Of a stretch of 64,000 nt of DNA, positions 38,935 to 49,807 are shown piece by piece. Each line of letters opens with the position of its first letter. The stretch's first letter is position 1. A program made the position numbers and the translations under genes. The stretch lies in the NCBI RefSeq assembly GCF_006345805.1, contig NC_043000.1, forward strand, positions 124,310,001 to 124,374,000, written 5' to 3'. The stretch is from Octopus sinensis. Taxonomy: Eukaryota. The notes below the pieces were generated by a model. It was given only the letters and a program-made list of their open reading frames with translations, ran no database searches and was not told the DNA's origin.

Positions 38935-39500
38935 TCGCTCGATCTGCTAGAAATAGCAGTTGAATCTTTCTGCTGTCTTGAAAAAAAAAAGGAAGGACAC
39001 ACTGAATAATGTAATCCTAGATATAAAAAAAGATACATTATGGTCACGGCTGGAATACATTTGATCATGAATCTGCTCGATCGGGACTAAACAATCAAGA
39101 GCTTCTTCGCGGTCGATTGACCTGTCAAAAATAGCGACCAAATCTCCTTCATGTCACTTATGACAGTCTTGTATAAAGTCAGGACACATTAGATATTGTA
39201 AACCTACATGATAAAAAGCTGTCGTGCTGGTCGCTGATGGAATGTTTATGATCATCAATCTGCTCTGTTAAGGTTAACCTGGGGTTTAAAATAGACAGCT
39301 AAGAAGTCTATACGGTCATTCAACCTGCTAGAAATAACAGTCAAATTCTTTCAAATCACATTCTACCATTATATAAGAGGAAGGATATATTAGATATTGT
39401 GTAGACCAAGAAATGAAAGGGATGGAATGGTCACGGCTGGAATGCCTTTGACCAAAGATTTGCTCGATCGGTACTGACCTGGATGTAAACAACAACTAAA
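38935..39500 (+). mobile_element. Three tandem copies of SINE-like family D
   Basis: Repeated gctagaaatagcag...ggacacatta...atggtcacggctggaatg...gctcgatc...taaacaac. Dispersed copies at about 400-560, 12140-12290, 29815-30030 and 50255-50460; inverted copy at about 39740-39900. Confidence 0.75.
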
Positions 39501-42212
39501 GCGCACAGTACAGATGTGTGAAAGACTGAATTCGTTTGTCGACTGACTTCTCAAAGAGTCGTTCGTAGCTTGTTGATTTAATGAATGTTTATAGTATTGG
39601 AATTGAAAATTAAACCTCTGCATACCGATGAAGTTACTGGCTCGGGTCCTATGAGTAAGAATATAGGGGCTGAAGAAAAGCGATTATCTTAAATAAGGAC
39701 ATTTTAAAATCGTTGTTTTAACAACAAATTCTGATTGAGTAAACTTATATCTAAAACATTCCGGCCGTGACCATTCTGACCTTTAGTATAACTAAGACTG
39801 TGTTGTCCGATGTGTTCGTTTTTTATTGTAGTGTGTGATTGCAGGGAGATGCGATTGCCATTTCTAGCAGGTCAGCGATCTCGTACATGCTCCTGTATTC
39901 GTGGGTGAAAATTACAAATTATCTTCTGCTAATTACGAATTACAATAAGCATAAACAAAAGTGACATAATGAAAATACATTTTAAAAAGTAAAAATAAAA
40001 ACAAAACAAAAATAAATATCTGATTTATTTCTTTGCTTCAGGTGTATAAATAATTTTCCTCTTGGAGTTATCGTTTGAAATTGTTGCAATAGGTGATATG
40101 ATTAAATTATGGTAAAATTGTAAACGAAATGAAGTGTTTATGTTGAGGGACACCATTAGAGAAGGGAGATAATTCTGAAGACATTTGAAAACGGCCCTAT
40201 CCTGTAAGATTACCTCTGTATGTGTGTAATGTGGGCACGCCCGTAAATACAATTGCATTTCTCTTGTGACCTATTGAAGCATATCGCATACATAAAATAT
40301 GTTTTACTAAACCATGCACATTTATGTGTATCTAGCGAGATTTAGCTTGCAGTGATGCATTCTTTTATTTCTGCATTGAATATTTTGCAGATGGCGTTGA
40401 TTTGCTTCATCAATCATTTCTGTCTAAAAGCTATGCAATAGGAAAATTATTTATGCAATAATAAAAACAGAAATAGATGTCTGCCGTCGTTTCGAAATTA
40501 TTAAGCAATAAATTTATTTTGAGATATTTACTGGAATAAGTGAAGCTAAAGAAAAGAAATAAATGGAGTGGAGAGGAAATTTTACCAGTTCATAGTAAGC
40601 AAATCTCTCAACGCTCCAGCTTATAACTGATTTGAAATGGGAAGATTTACTTAGAAATATATAATTATATATCTTTGGTTTCAATTTTCATGTCTTAAAA
40701 TTAATATCTATAGAGAGAAGAAGGAAATAATTTTCAGAGTATTAAGTATGTTTGGCAAAGAAAATATATATTTACAATTTGTTGAAAAGATTCTCAAGAA
40801 ACAAAAAGAATTAAGAAAAATATCAAAGAAACAAATATTGGTATCTTAACGTCTCACACTAAAGAGTCCTTTTATTTATTTACTTTTTATTGCTTGAAAG
40901 AAAAAAATAATTTTGCATAATTAATACAATCTACACTTGTGATTCTTACACTCATGGAAATTTTTCCTGGAGCAGGGGTGGAGATTTCATGATTCGGGGA
41001 GAAATTTCAGGATACCAAGGAAATTGGTTTTAGGCTGAAAACATGATGAGAATGATAGAGTAGAAACAAAATGGTTGAGAAACAGAACAGTTGAGAGATA
41101 TTGGAGAAGAAACTCATTTGTTGTGTTTAATTCTACTTTTGAGATTTCTGGTACACTTAATTCTATAAACCTCTGTTCCACTAACAGAAATTATGTATCA
41201 AATTATCAACCTCTCATAGACTAGTGTCCTATCCATGTGCAATTTGTCTCTCATCCACTTAATACCATGCAAACAGAGCTGAGAACTAGCCTACCACTAT
41301 TATCTAAATCAGGAGTTCTCAGTGGGGGTCCATATAAGATTTTATTAACATTTATGTACAATAAATTGCTTATTCTCTACAATAAGCAAAATATTTTAAT
41401 TTTTTTATACAATTCTTGATAATATTCAAGTATAAAAATAGAGTTGGGTTTTTTTTTAACCACTGAATGGCTATGGAAGTCCAAAATGAATCAAAGGGGT
41501 CCATAGGCAAAAAATAGTCAAGAACCAGTGGTTTTAATAGTACTGTACAACTAGTCCACCATACTTAAATTATCTGGAAATCTCAGGTTCCAAAACAACA
41601 AACTTAAAGTAGCACCTATCAAATCTACTATCTTCCTTCTTACCAACAATGCCATAGGCTATTGAATACAACCAATATTCACACTTGGTAGTAAACATCA
41701 CAAACGTACTTAGTTATGTACAAAACCTCCATGATATGCACAACACACACAAATGAATAGTAAAGAAAGCATTCATTATTGTGTGTGTGTAAATGCAGAA
41801 TATATGAATGATCTATGAATGCTACATGTGTATAAATAGAACACAAATATGTTCCATATTTGACCAACAGCAAACAACAATAATAGTGTACAAATAATGG
41901 ATTATGCCAGTTTCTTCTGGATCACTATCTCTATAGAATAAACTGCAAAGAATACAAAAGCATTGCACTTCATACAGCCACTAGTTGCACAATGGTGTCA
42001 CCAAATTTCCATATGTGTAATGAAACAAAAATATTAAGAGTAAAAGACCACCTCGATAATTTAAGGATGAAGTTTGCTCCTGAAACAAACTGACATTCAC
42101 AGGGTGTACTTGAAAAAAAATCTTCAAATATATATACAGTACCCTACAGGAAAATCAAAAACACTCTCTCTTTCACTCAGCTAAACAAAAATTATATATA
42201 TATATTTTCAAT

Positions 42213-42420
42213 ATGTGACCACATGTGTATCATTGACGATTTTCTTTCTCCATTTTTCCCTTCCTTGGACCTTTCCTTTTTCTATGTTTCTGACAAAGAG
42301 CTCCTCTCGAAATGTTAAATCCCACTTCTTTCTTTCCTTTCCTGGGCGTCCAATATCACGACACTTGTTCCACATCCTCGCGTTGTTGTGTTTTCATGTT
42401 TGGATTAACAATATATATAT
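42213..42420 (+). mobile_element. Probable Penelope-like terminal-repeat remnant with a decayed hammerhead-like motif
   Basis: ctgacaaagagctcctctcgaaatgtta at 42290-42317, in a pyrimidine-rich 200-bp block flanked by (TA)n. Confidence 0.45.
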
Positions 42421-43432
42421 AACAATTTAGCTAAGTGTAAAATATTTAAATTGAATTGAATTTATATTTGTTCAGTTTATTGTTTTGTTTTCCATTTCTT
42501 ATTTATGGTTACACCCCCCCACACACACACACAGATATAGTTCCAGCATCAATAGCTTCATTACCCACAAATGGAGTTCTAGAATGCATCTGCTAATAAT
42601 AAATCTATGAGAACAGAAACAGCGCCCAAGTTCATTTTCCCTATCTCTAGTGACAACCAATAGATTCTTTGGCATACAGAAATGGACAGGGAAGAAAATA
42701 CAGATGCCACATTGCATGTTATACAGAGCATATAGTGTGGTTTTTGGTTAAAGGAATTATAAAACAGGAACAATATATCTGGATATTTGATCAACTATGG
42801 AATTACACACTAATAACAAAGTGTTTCTTTCTCTGTTTGAAAAGCAGGTGATTTGAGGCATGGGACAGTCTGATGATGTACGGCAGAGAATTCACAAAAG
42901 GTTGAGCAAAGGATCTGGGGGAAGTAGTAGTTATAGCCATAAGAAAATTAAATATCACTAGCATAGCTAGAGTATGTCACCCCCGGGGCCCAACGAAAAG
43001 TACATATTGCCTAGAGCAGACCCAAAAGTGGACTGCACCCTCCACCCCACTCTCACTGTGCTAGTGTTGAATATGCAGAACTGGTTAATGGCAACAACAA
43101 CAATGGTGTACAAATAATGGATTATGTCAGCTTTGTCTGGACCACTAATCTCTCTAGAATAACCTACAAAGAATGCACACCGAAAACTGGATATGGAATA
43201 CTGAAGTAGGTTGGAGTATAACAAATTATTTAGTAGTCTATAATAAGAAAAGCGAATCATCCATCTCAATAAAATAACAGAATTCACTTTTGCTTTGTTG
43301 TTCTGCAGTCCAGTAACCCTATCATTGTCGCTAGATTAGTTAACAGGGCAATAAGCATATACTGTTTCATAATCACTATTATAAGCACCATCAGCTATAG
43401 GGTTTTTAATATTAATAATAATAATAATAATA

Positions 43433-43826
43433 GGCGCAGGAGTGGCTGTGTGGTAAGTAGCTTGCTTACAAACCACATGGTTTCAGGTTCATTCCCACTG
43501 TGTGTCACCTTGAGCAAGTGTCTACTACTATAGCTTCGGGCCGACCAAAGCTTTGTGAGTGGATCTGGTAGACAGAAAATGAAAGAAGCTTGTTGTATAT
43601 GTTATGTATGTATATATATGTTTGTGTGTCTGTGTTTATCTCCCCCAACATCGCTTGACAACTGATGGTGGTGTGTTTGTGTCCCTATAACTTAGCAGTT
43701 CAGCAAAAGAGATCATTAGAATAAGTACTAGGCTTCCAAAGAATAAGTCCTAGCGTCGATTTGCTCGACTAAAGGCGGTGCTCTAGCATGGCCACAGTCA
43801 AATGACTGAAACAAGTAAAAGAGTAT
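43433..43826 (+). mobile_element. SINE family A, full length
   Basis: ggcgcaggagtggctgtgtggtaagtagcttgc...ttcaggttcattcccactg...caccttgagcaagtgtctactactatagc (CORE-like)...aatgactgaaacaagtaaaagagta. Confidence 0.9.
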
Positions 43827-43849
43827 TATTATTTACTTTTAATTTACAT

Positions 43850-44710
43850 AAGACACACCCAGCGTCTTAGGGCAAGTGAAGAATAAGAGATGTTACAATA
43901 TGACTGAAAGTTTGGCTAGGGAAAGTGGCAGGGGCAGTAGTGAAATATCTTCATGTAATACAACACATACATTTAAATTGAAGGGTTTTTCTAAGGACGT
44001 GAGCAATACTTGTCAGCCCAATCTTTTGGATTTCTCTGAGACATGGTTCTCCTGGGATGTTATCTAGATGCTTCTGACATCCCTTTCTTATACCTAGGGC
44101 ACCCACAATAACAGGAACAGTTCTCGCTTTAAGATGCCACATCTTTTGTATTTCAATTCCAGCACCTTATATTTACTTAATTTGCCAAATTCCTTCACAG
44201 ATATATTTTTATCAGTGGGAACACTTACATCAATTAGTCTACAAGTGTTTTCTTCTTTGTCTTTAATAATTATGTCTGGTTATTCTGGATCATTCTGTCA
44301 GTGTTGACTGGAAAATCCCAGAGGAGAGTGACATTTTTACTTTCAACGACTGGCTCAGGATGATGTTCATACCAGAAAGCAGGAGTGCTGATTTTGTAGT
44401 GTTTACATATTTTCAAATGTAAATTCTGTCCTACTCTATTGTAGCAATTTTAGTATTTGTTTGGTGTCAGCACAGGACATCTTGAGACAGGATGGTCCAT
44501 TTCTAATCAAATGTGTCACAGAATTTGCATTTAGGGTCAGAACTGTTTTGAAGAACGTTAAAATGGTAGTTTTTCGTAAGCAAGCTTTGATCTTGTGCCA
44601 CCAATATGAAACCTTTATTTTTATTATTAGTATTATTTATTGTCTTTGCACAACTTCTAACACTGGAGATGTACTACTGTACCAGCTGTTCACTATCAGT
44701 GAACTAAGGT
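43850..44710 (-). mobile_element. R4/Dong-like non-LTR retrotransposon 3' remnant (copy A)
   Basis: CKFC zinc-knuckle region, WYEHHPEPVVE, LLWDFPVNTDR..PDIIIKDKEENTCRLIDVSVP (PD-D restriction-like endonuclease) and MWHLKARTVPVIVGALG. Confidence 0.85.
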
Positions 44711-45760
44711 AATACTCCTTATTTTTCGAGCCCCATCCAGAGTATTTGAGTGGTTCCAAGCAGTGCTGTTTCCTGCAAGTGCTCCACCCTTATTGCAGCC
44801 CTTAATTGTTCCATGTACTTCTCAAGATTTTTATTCACTGTTACCAGGGCTCCGACAATTATTGGTACTACTACCATAGCAACCACAACTGCTTAACCTC
44901 CCAAGCTAACCTGTCATATCTATCTACTTTTCTTCTTTATCGCATACCTTGTTGTCAGCTGGGCATGCTATATCTATGATCCAGTTTTGTTTGCTTTCTT
45001 TCTCAATTAATACTATGTCTGGTTTCCTATTCTCTATCTCATGGTCACACTGAATCATAAAATCCCATAGGATCTTTGCATTATCATTTTCAATGATGCC
45101 TTCGGGTTTATGTTCATACCACCTTTTTCCTCTGTTAAGTCCAAACTTGTTGCAAAGTGTCCAATGGACAATCCTTGCTATATTGTCATGACGTCTCTTA
45201 TATTCTTTCTGGGTTAGTGGTGTACATTTTGTCCACAGATTCTGCACTTATCACTTTCTGATGTGTTGTCTATTTTGTATTTGATGTATTTGGGCAGCAC
45301 AGATTAGTTTCTGGGTTCTGGTTTTAAATCAGTTTTAGTCATCTATAGCCAGCTTTTGTCTCTGTCTGTCTTATCTTAAACATTCTTATGAAATTGTCTA
45401 TGCATTCTTTTCTTTATCCACCTATTTTCAGTTTCATTCATTCTCAAGTACTTGTACAGTGTTTTATCTTTGCAATTTTCCATCTTACACAAGCCTGACC
45501 TTCCTACTTCCAATAATAGTGGTTCTGTGACATTTTTACATACCATGCTATGTTGTTTTCTTCTGTTCTAATGCTGCATTCACATCCAATCAGTCCTCTT
45601 CCCCCTCTTTTTCTTGGTACATACAGTCTGTCTGTGTCACTTTTTGGGTGGAGTATCCCGTATCTAATCAGTAATTTCCATGTCTTTCTGTTTAAGCTGT
45701 TTAGTTTGTCTACTGTCCATGTGATTACCCCTGCTCCAAATCTTAGGAATGACACCAACC
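44711..45760 (-). mobile_element. R4/Dong-like non-LTR retrotransposon 3' remnant (copy B)
   Basis: LHPKSDTDRLYVPRKRGGRGL; EYKRRHDNIARIVHW; ILWDFMIQCDHEIENRKPDIVLIEKESKQNWIIDIACP; VVVPIIVGAL. Confidence 0.9.
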
Positions 45761-46295
45761 AGGTGTTGATATATGTGTGTGTTTGTCCCCCCAACATCGC
45801 TTGACAACCGATGCTGGTGTGTTCACATCCCCGCAACTTAGCAGTTTGGCAAAAGAGACTGATAGAATAAGTACTAGGCTCACAAAGAATAAGTCATGGG
45901 AACAATTTGCTTGACTAAAGGCGGTGCTCCAGCATGGCCACAGTCACATGACTGAAACAAGTAAAAGAGTAGTAGTAGTAGACTCTGGTATATGGTACTG
46001 AAGGACCAAGTGTTAAACTGGTGCATTACTAGCAAAAAACCACACTTAACTGTTTCACATCAATAAAACCAAATCAACTTAAATTTCTATGGAATTTACA
46101 ATTCCCTCCCAATGGTAAGCATAGATCATCTGTGAGCTATTAACGTGCAAAAGGTTAATTATCAAAGTACTGATCTTTAAGAGCATCCAATTATGGATGT
46201 CACTGCTTTTATTTCAATAAAAGATAAATGAAAATAATTACCTTATTGGATACAGTGATCAGATGCATTGTAATCCATTGGGAAATAGTAAAAGA

Positions 46296-46514
46296 GGGCG
46301 AGCTGGCAGAAACATTAGCATTCTGTGCGAAATGCTTAGCAGTATATTGTCTGTCTTTATGTTCTGAGTTCAAATTCTGCTGAGGTCGACTTTGCCTTTC
46401 ATCTTTTCAGGGTCAATGAAATAAGTACCAGTTATGCACTGGGGTTGATATAATCAACTTATTCCCTTGTTTGTCCCCTCTATGTTTAGCCCCCTATGGG
46501 CAATAAAGAAGTTA
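46296..46514 (+). mobile_element. SINE family B
   Basis: Full head-to-tail copy with a 13-bp TSD aaatagtaaaaga (46283-46295 and 46515-46527). Confidence 0.9.
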
Positions 46515-46554
46515 AAATAGTAAAAGAAGGGACAGAAAGTAATGATGAGTCAAA

Positions 46555-46740
46555 TAATAATAATAATAATGAAATTATTGTATACAGTGCTCAGGTGCAT
46601 CACAACATGTCAAAAGTGCATATAAAGCATATGCAGTAATGTACAAATGTCTGGGAAGTGAACAGTGTATGAGTCAGATACATGCTTGCGTGTGTATGGA
46701 GGGGAGAAAATCAGGTGTAGTGTTGGCGAATCTCAAATAA
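46555..46740 (-). mobile_element. CR1-like LINE 3' end fragment
   Basis: Near-identical to 51770-51940, the 3' end of the CR1-like element. Confidence 0.8.
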
Positions 46741-46834
46741 AGAAAGACAGTAATGATAGACAAAGGTGCATGCATAGGCCATGTTTGTATGATAAAACAC
46801 AAGAAGTCAGAATGGATGCATTAGTGACCAGATA

Positions 46835-47190
46835 CAAAGTGCATTCTGCAAATTTTCAGACTTTTTCAAGAGAGACATTTATTAATTTCAAAGCAGTACA
46901 AAACTCGAATCTCCTTCAAAGTAGGATGTTCTGACTTCAAAGTACTTGCTGTAGTAATGCAGCCACTTTGTGAAGATCTCATAGAAGTCCCCTCAAAGTG
47001 AAGGTGTCTAGGACCCTTGTCACAGCCTCCTTCATCTTTCAGACAATTATCTCTGAGATTCTTCTTCAACTCGGCGAACAGCCAAAAGTCTCAGGGTGCA
47101 ATGACTGGACTGTAGGGAGGGTGACGGATAGTTTTGGTGCCCATCTCTGTCAAGCAGTTGGTTACCAGGATGTTTGTCACTGAGCACCCT
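46835..47190 (-). mobile_element. mariner transposase C-terminal remnant with its right terminal inverted repeat
   Basis: TIRHPPYSPVIAP*DFWLFAELKKNL (YSPDLAP(C)D motif); the terminus TA|caaagtgcattctgcaaattttcagacttttt at 46833-46866. Confidence 0.8.
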
Positions 47191-47219
47191 AAGAAGAAAC
47201 TTTGCACAAATTTAGTGCA

Positions 47220-47705
47220 TACTCTTACTCTTTTACTTGTTTCAGTCATGTGACTGTGGCCATGCTGGAACACTGCCTTTAATCAAACAAATCAACCCCT
47301 CTTTTACTCTTTTACTTGTTTCAGTCATGTGACTGTGGCCATGCTGGAGCACCGCCTTTAGTCAAGCAAATCAACCCCAGGACTTATTCTTTGTAAGCCT
47401 AGTACTTATTCTATTGGTCTCTTTTGCCGAACCGCTAAGTTACGTGGACGTGAACACACCAGCATCAGTTGTCAAGTGATGTTGGGGGGGGGGGAACACA
47501 GACACACAAACATATAGACACACATACATATATATATACATATATACGACAGGCTTCTTTCAGTTTCCGTCTACCAAATCCACTCACAAGGCTTTGGTCG
47601 GCCCGAGGCTATAGTAGAAGACACTTGCCCAAGGTGCCACGCAGTGGGACTGAACCTGGAACCATGTAGTTTGTAAGCAAGCTACTTACCACACAGCCAC
47701 CCCTA
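47220..47705 (-). mobile_element. SINE family A with a tandemly duplicated 3' tail
   Basis: Full reverse-complement copy at 47299-47705, plus a ~79-bp duplicate of its tail at 47220-47298. Confidence 0.9.
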
Positions 47706-47852
47706 CATTCAGATCTTTATGAATAATTCTGTGTACAGTTGCCACACCAACTCCAAACTGTGTGCTTATTGTCTTTATAGACACACAACAACCTTCATCC
47801 AGAAAATTACAAATTCTCTCAATCAGCTCCAGTGTTCTGACATCCCTCTCCC

Positions 47853-48619
47853 TCCCACATCTCTCACCATCTTCTACCTTTTTTCTGCTGCCTTGAACTT
47901 CTTGTGCCTGCGAAAAAATTAACCCAAAAATTAATGCTCCTAAAAAGTCTGAAAACTTCTGGAATGCACTGCATAATTCACTAGAGCAATATTCCTTCTG
48001 TTGCTCCTAAAAAGTCTGAAAACTTCTGGAATGCACTGCATAATTTACAAGAGCAATATTCCTTCTAATCTCCCACATCTCTCACCATCTTCTACCTTTT
48101 TTCTGCTGCCCTTGAACTTCTTATGCCTGCGAAAAAGTTAACCCATAAGTAGTCTGAAGCATTTCATAAGCTTCTATGGTATTTTGCCCAGTTTAACACA
48201 AGCTTTCAAATCGTCTTCATGTCCTGATTGCATTCTCCAAACTAGTCAGCTCTGTATTCAAAGTGCCATTACAGTCATCTCCTTCAATCTGGAATAATAA
48301 AAAGTTGGCAGGTCAGCTTATTAGATGTATAGAAATGATATATTAAAATTACAATAATCTAGGACAGTTTTAACTGTCACTCTTAAAATGTCTGAAAACT
48401 TCTGGAATGCACTGCATAATTTGTAAGAGCATATATTCCTTCTAATCTAGGAGAGTTATAACTGTCGCTCCTAAAAAGTCTGAAAACTTCTGGAATACAC
48501 TGCATAATTCACAAGAGCAATATTCCTTTTAATCTAGGAGAGTTATAACTGTCGCTCCTAAAAAGTCTGAAAACTTCTGGAATGCACTGCGTAATTCACA
48601 AGAGCAATATTCCTTTTAA
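47853..48619. repeat. Complex tandem repeat: 87-88 bp units plus a duplicated ~73-bp block
   Basis: Full units at 48358-48445, 48446-48532 and 48533-48619; partial units at about 47935-48068; the block cccacatctctcaccatc...aaccca at 47853 and 48071. Confidence 0.95.
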
Positions 48620-49210
48620 TTTTTTGCATTGAATGTGTGCAGAAATTTGTCGTGTGGGCAAATTTTGTCTTTGTTTGCAAAATATGTGTGTATCCATGTT
48701 CAAATTTCTTCAATTAAAAAAATCCATCCTAACATCCTGTGTGCACGTTTTTCCCCATTTCTTGTTGTAAAATGTGTATACACACACACACACACAAACA
48801 AGTATAAAGCTTAGAGGGAATGCTGGTGATTCTTTTATTAGTTTCCATCAATGGATTTTGGCATGCGCTATCTTCTGAGGTGTAAGTTATATTGATGTCA
48901 ATACTTCTTTGTCAACTGAGAAGGTGAACCTAGGCTGGACTAGAAATAGAATGTAAAGGGAGATAACCAAACACCATAGCTAGTAACATAACAGGTAAAA
49001 AAATTACAAGGAAAATTATCAAGGGATAAATATTGGCTTGAAACCTTATAAGTAGAATGGATGTTAGCTAACTTGATATAGAAAGAAGAAAACACAAACA
49101 AACAAACGAAAAGAAAAACAAGAAATTTAAATAAAAATGAAATTACACTTTCAGTTTTCCTTTTGGATTTGGTTTCCAAGATTCTTTATATGAGTTCGTG
49201 TGTTGAAGCA

Positions 49211-49466
49211 TATTCTGTTGTGTCTGGGGAGAGTAATTTTCTTTTTGTGCCTTATAATTTAACACACTCACCAGTAAAATTTCCACTTATTTCTTATTTT
49301 TATTTTCCAATTTTTATTTTTTATTTTCATGACTATTGAAAAAGTTGCAAGATGCAACGAAAATTTTAGGAAAATAAGAATAAGAAATAAGTGGAAATTT
49401 TACCAGTGAGTGTATTAAATTATAAGGCACAAAAAGAAAATGACTCTCCCCAGACACAACAGAATA
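49211..49466. repeat. Fold-back inverted repeat, 88-bp arms
   Basis: 49211-49298 versus the reverse complement of 49379-49466: 84/88 identical. Confidence 0.95.
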
Positions 49467-49666
49467 CACTTTCAGTGATGAGAACAATAATTTAAATTAC
49501 TAATTCTAAAAAAGATAAAAAGACAAGTGATACAGTTTTGACATTTTTGTTGATTAGAATTAATTAAAAATCTGTTATATGCAATTGAGGCAGTATTAAA
49601 TTAGAATATTCATTTGTGTATCATACTTTATGTATATACTTTTGCTGCAGTGTTCATCCTATAATA

Positions 49667-49807
49667 TTAAGTTGTCCCAAAAGTTTGTAAACACTTGTAA
49701 AAATTGAATTTTTACTCGCCAAGTACTAACAAAAACAACAAAAATTATTCCTCAAAATAAAGACCATTATTTTCCAAGACTTTCTACGAACTTTTGGGAC
49801 AACCTTA
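49667..49807. mobile_element. mariner-like MITE (141 bp)
   Basis: TA|ttaagttgtcccaaaagtttgta ... tacgaacttttgggacaacctta|TA. Confidence 0.85.

Noticed and set aside
44924-45247. 107-aa ORF as a possible domesticated nuclease gene
   Set aside because: Flanked by frameshifted and deleted parts of the same R4-like element (the zinc knuckle is partly deleted); a decayed retrotransposon.
47935-48619. Regularly spaced repeats superficially like a CRISPR array
   Set aside because: The sequence between repeats is itself repeated (no unique spacers), there are no cas genes and the context is eukaryotic; it is a tandem minisatellite.
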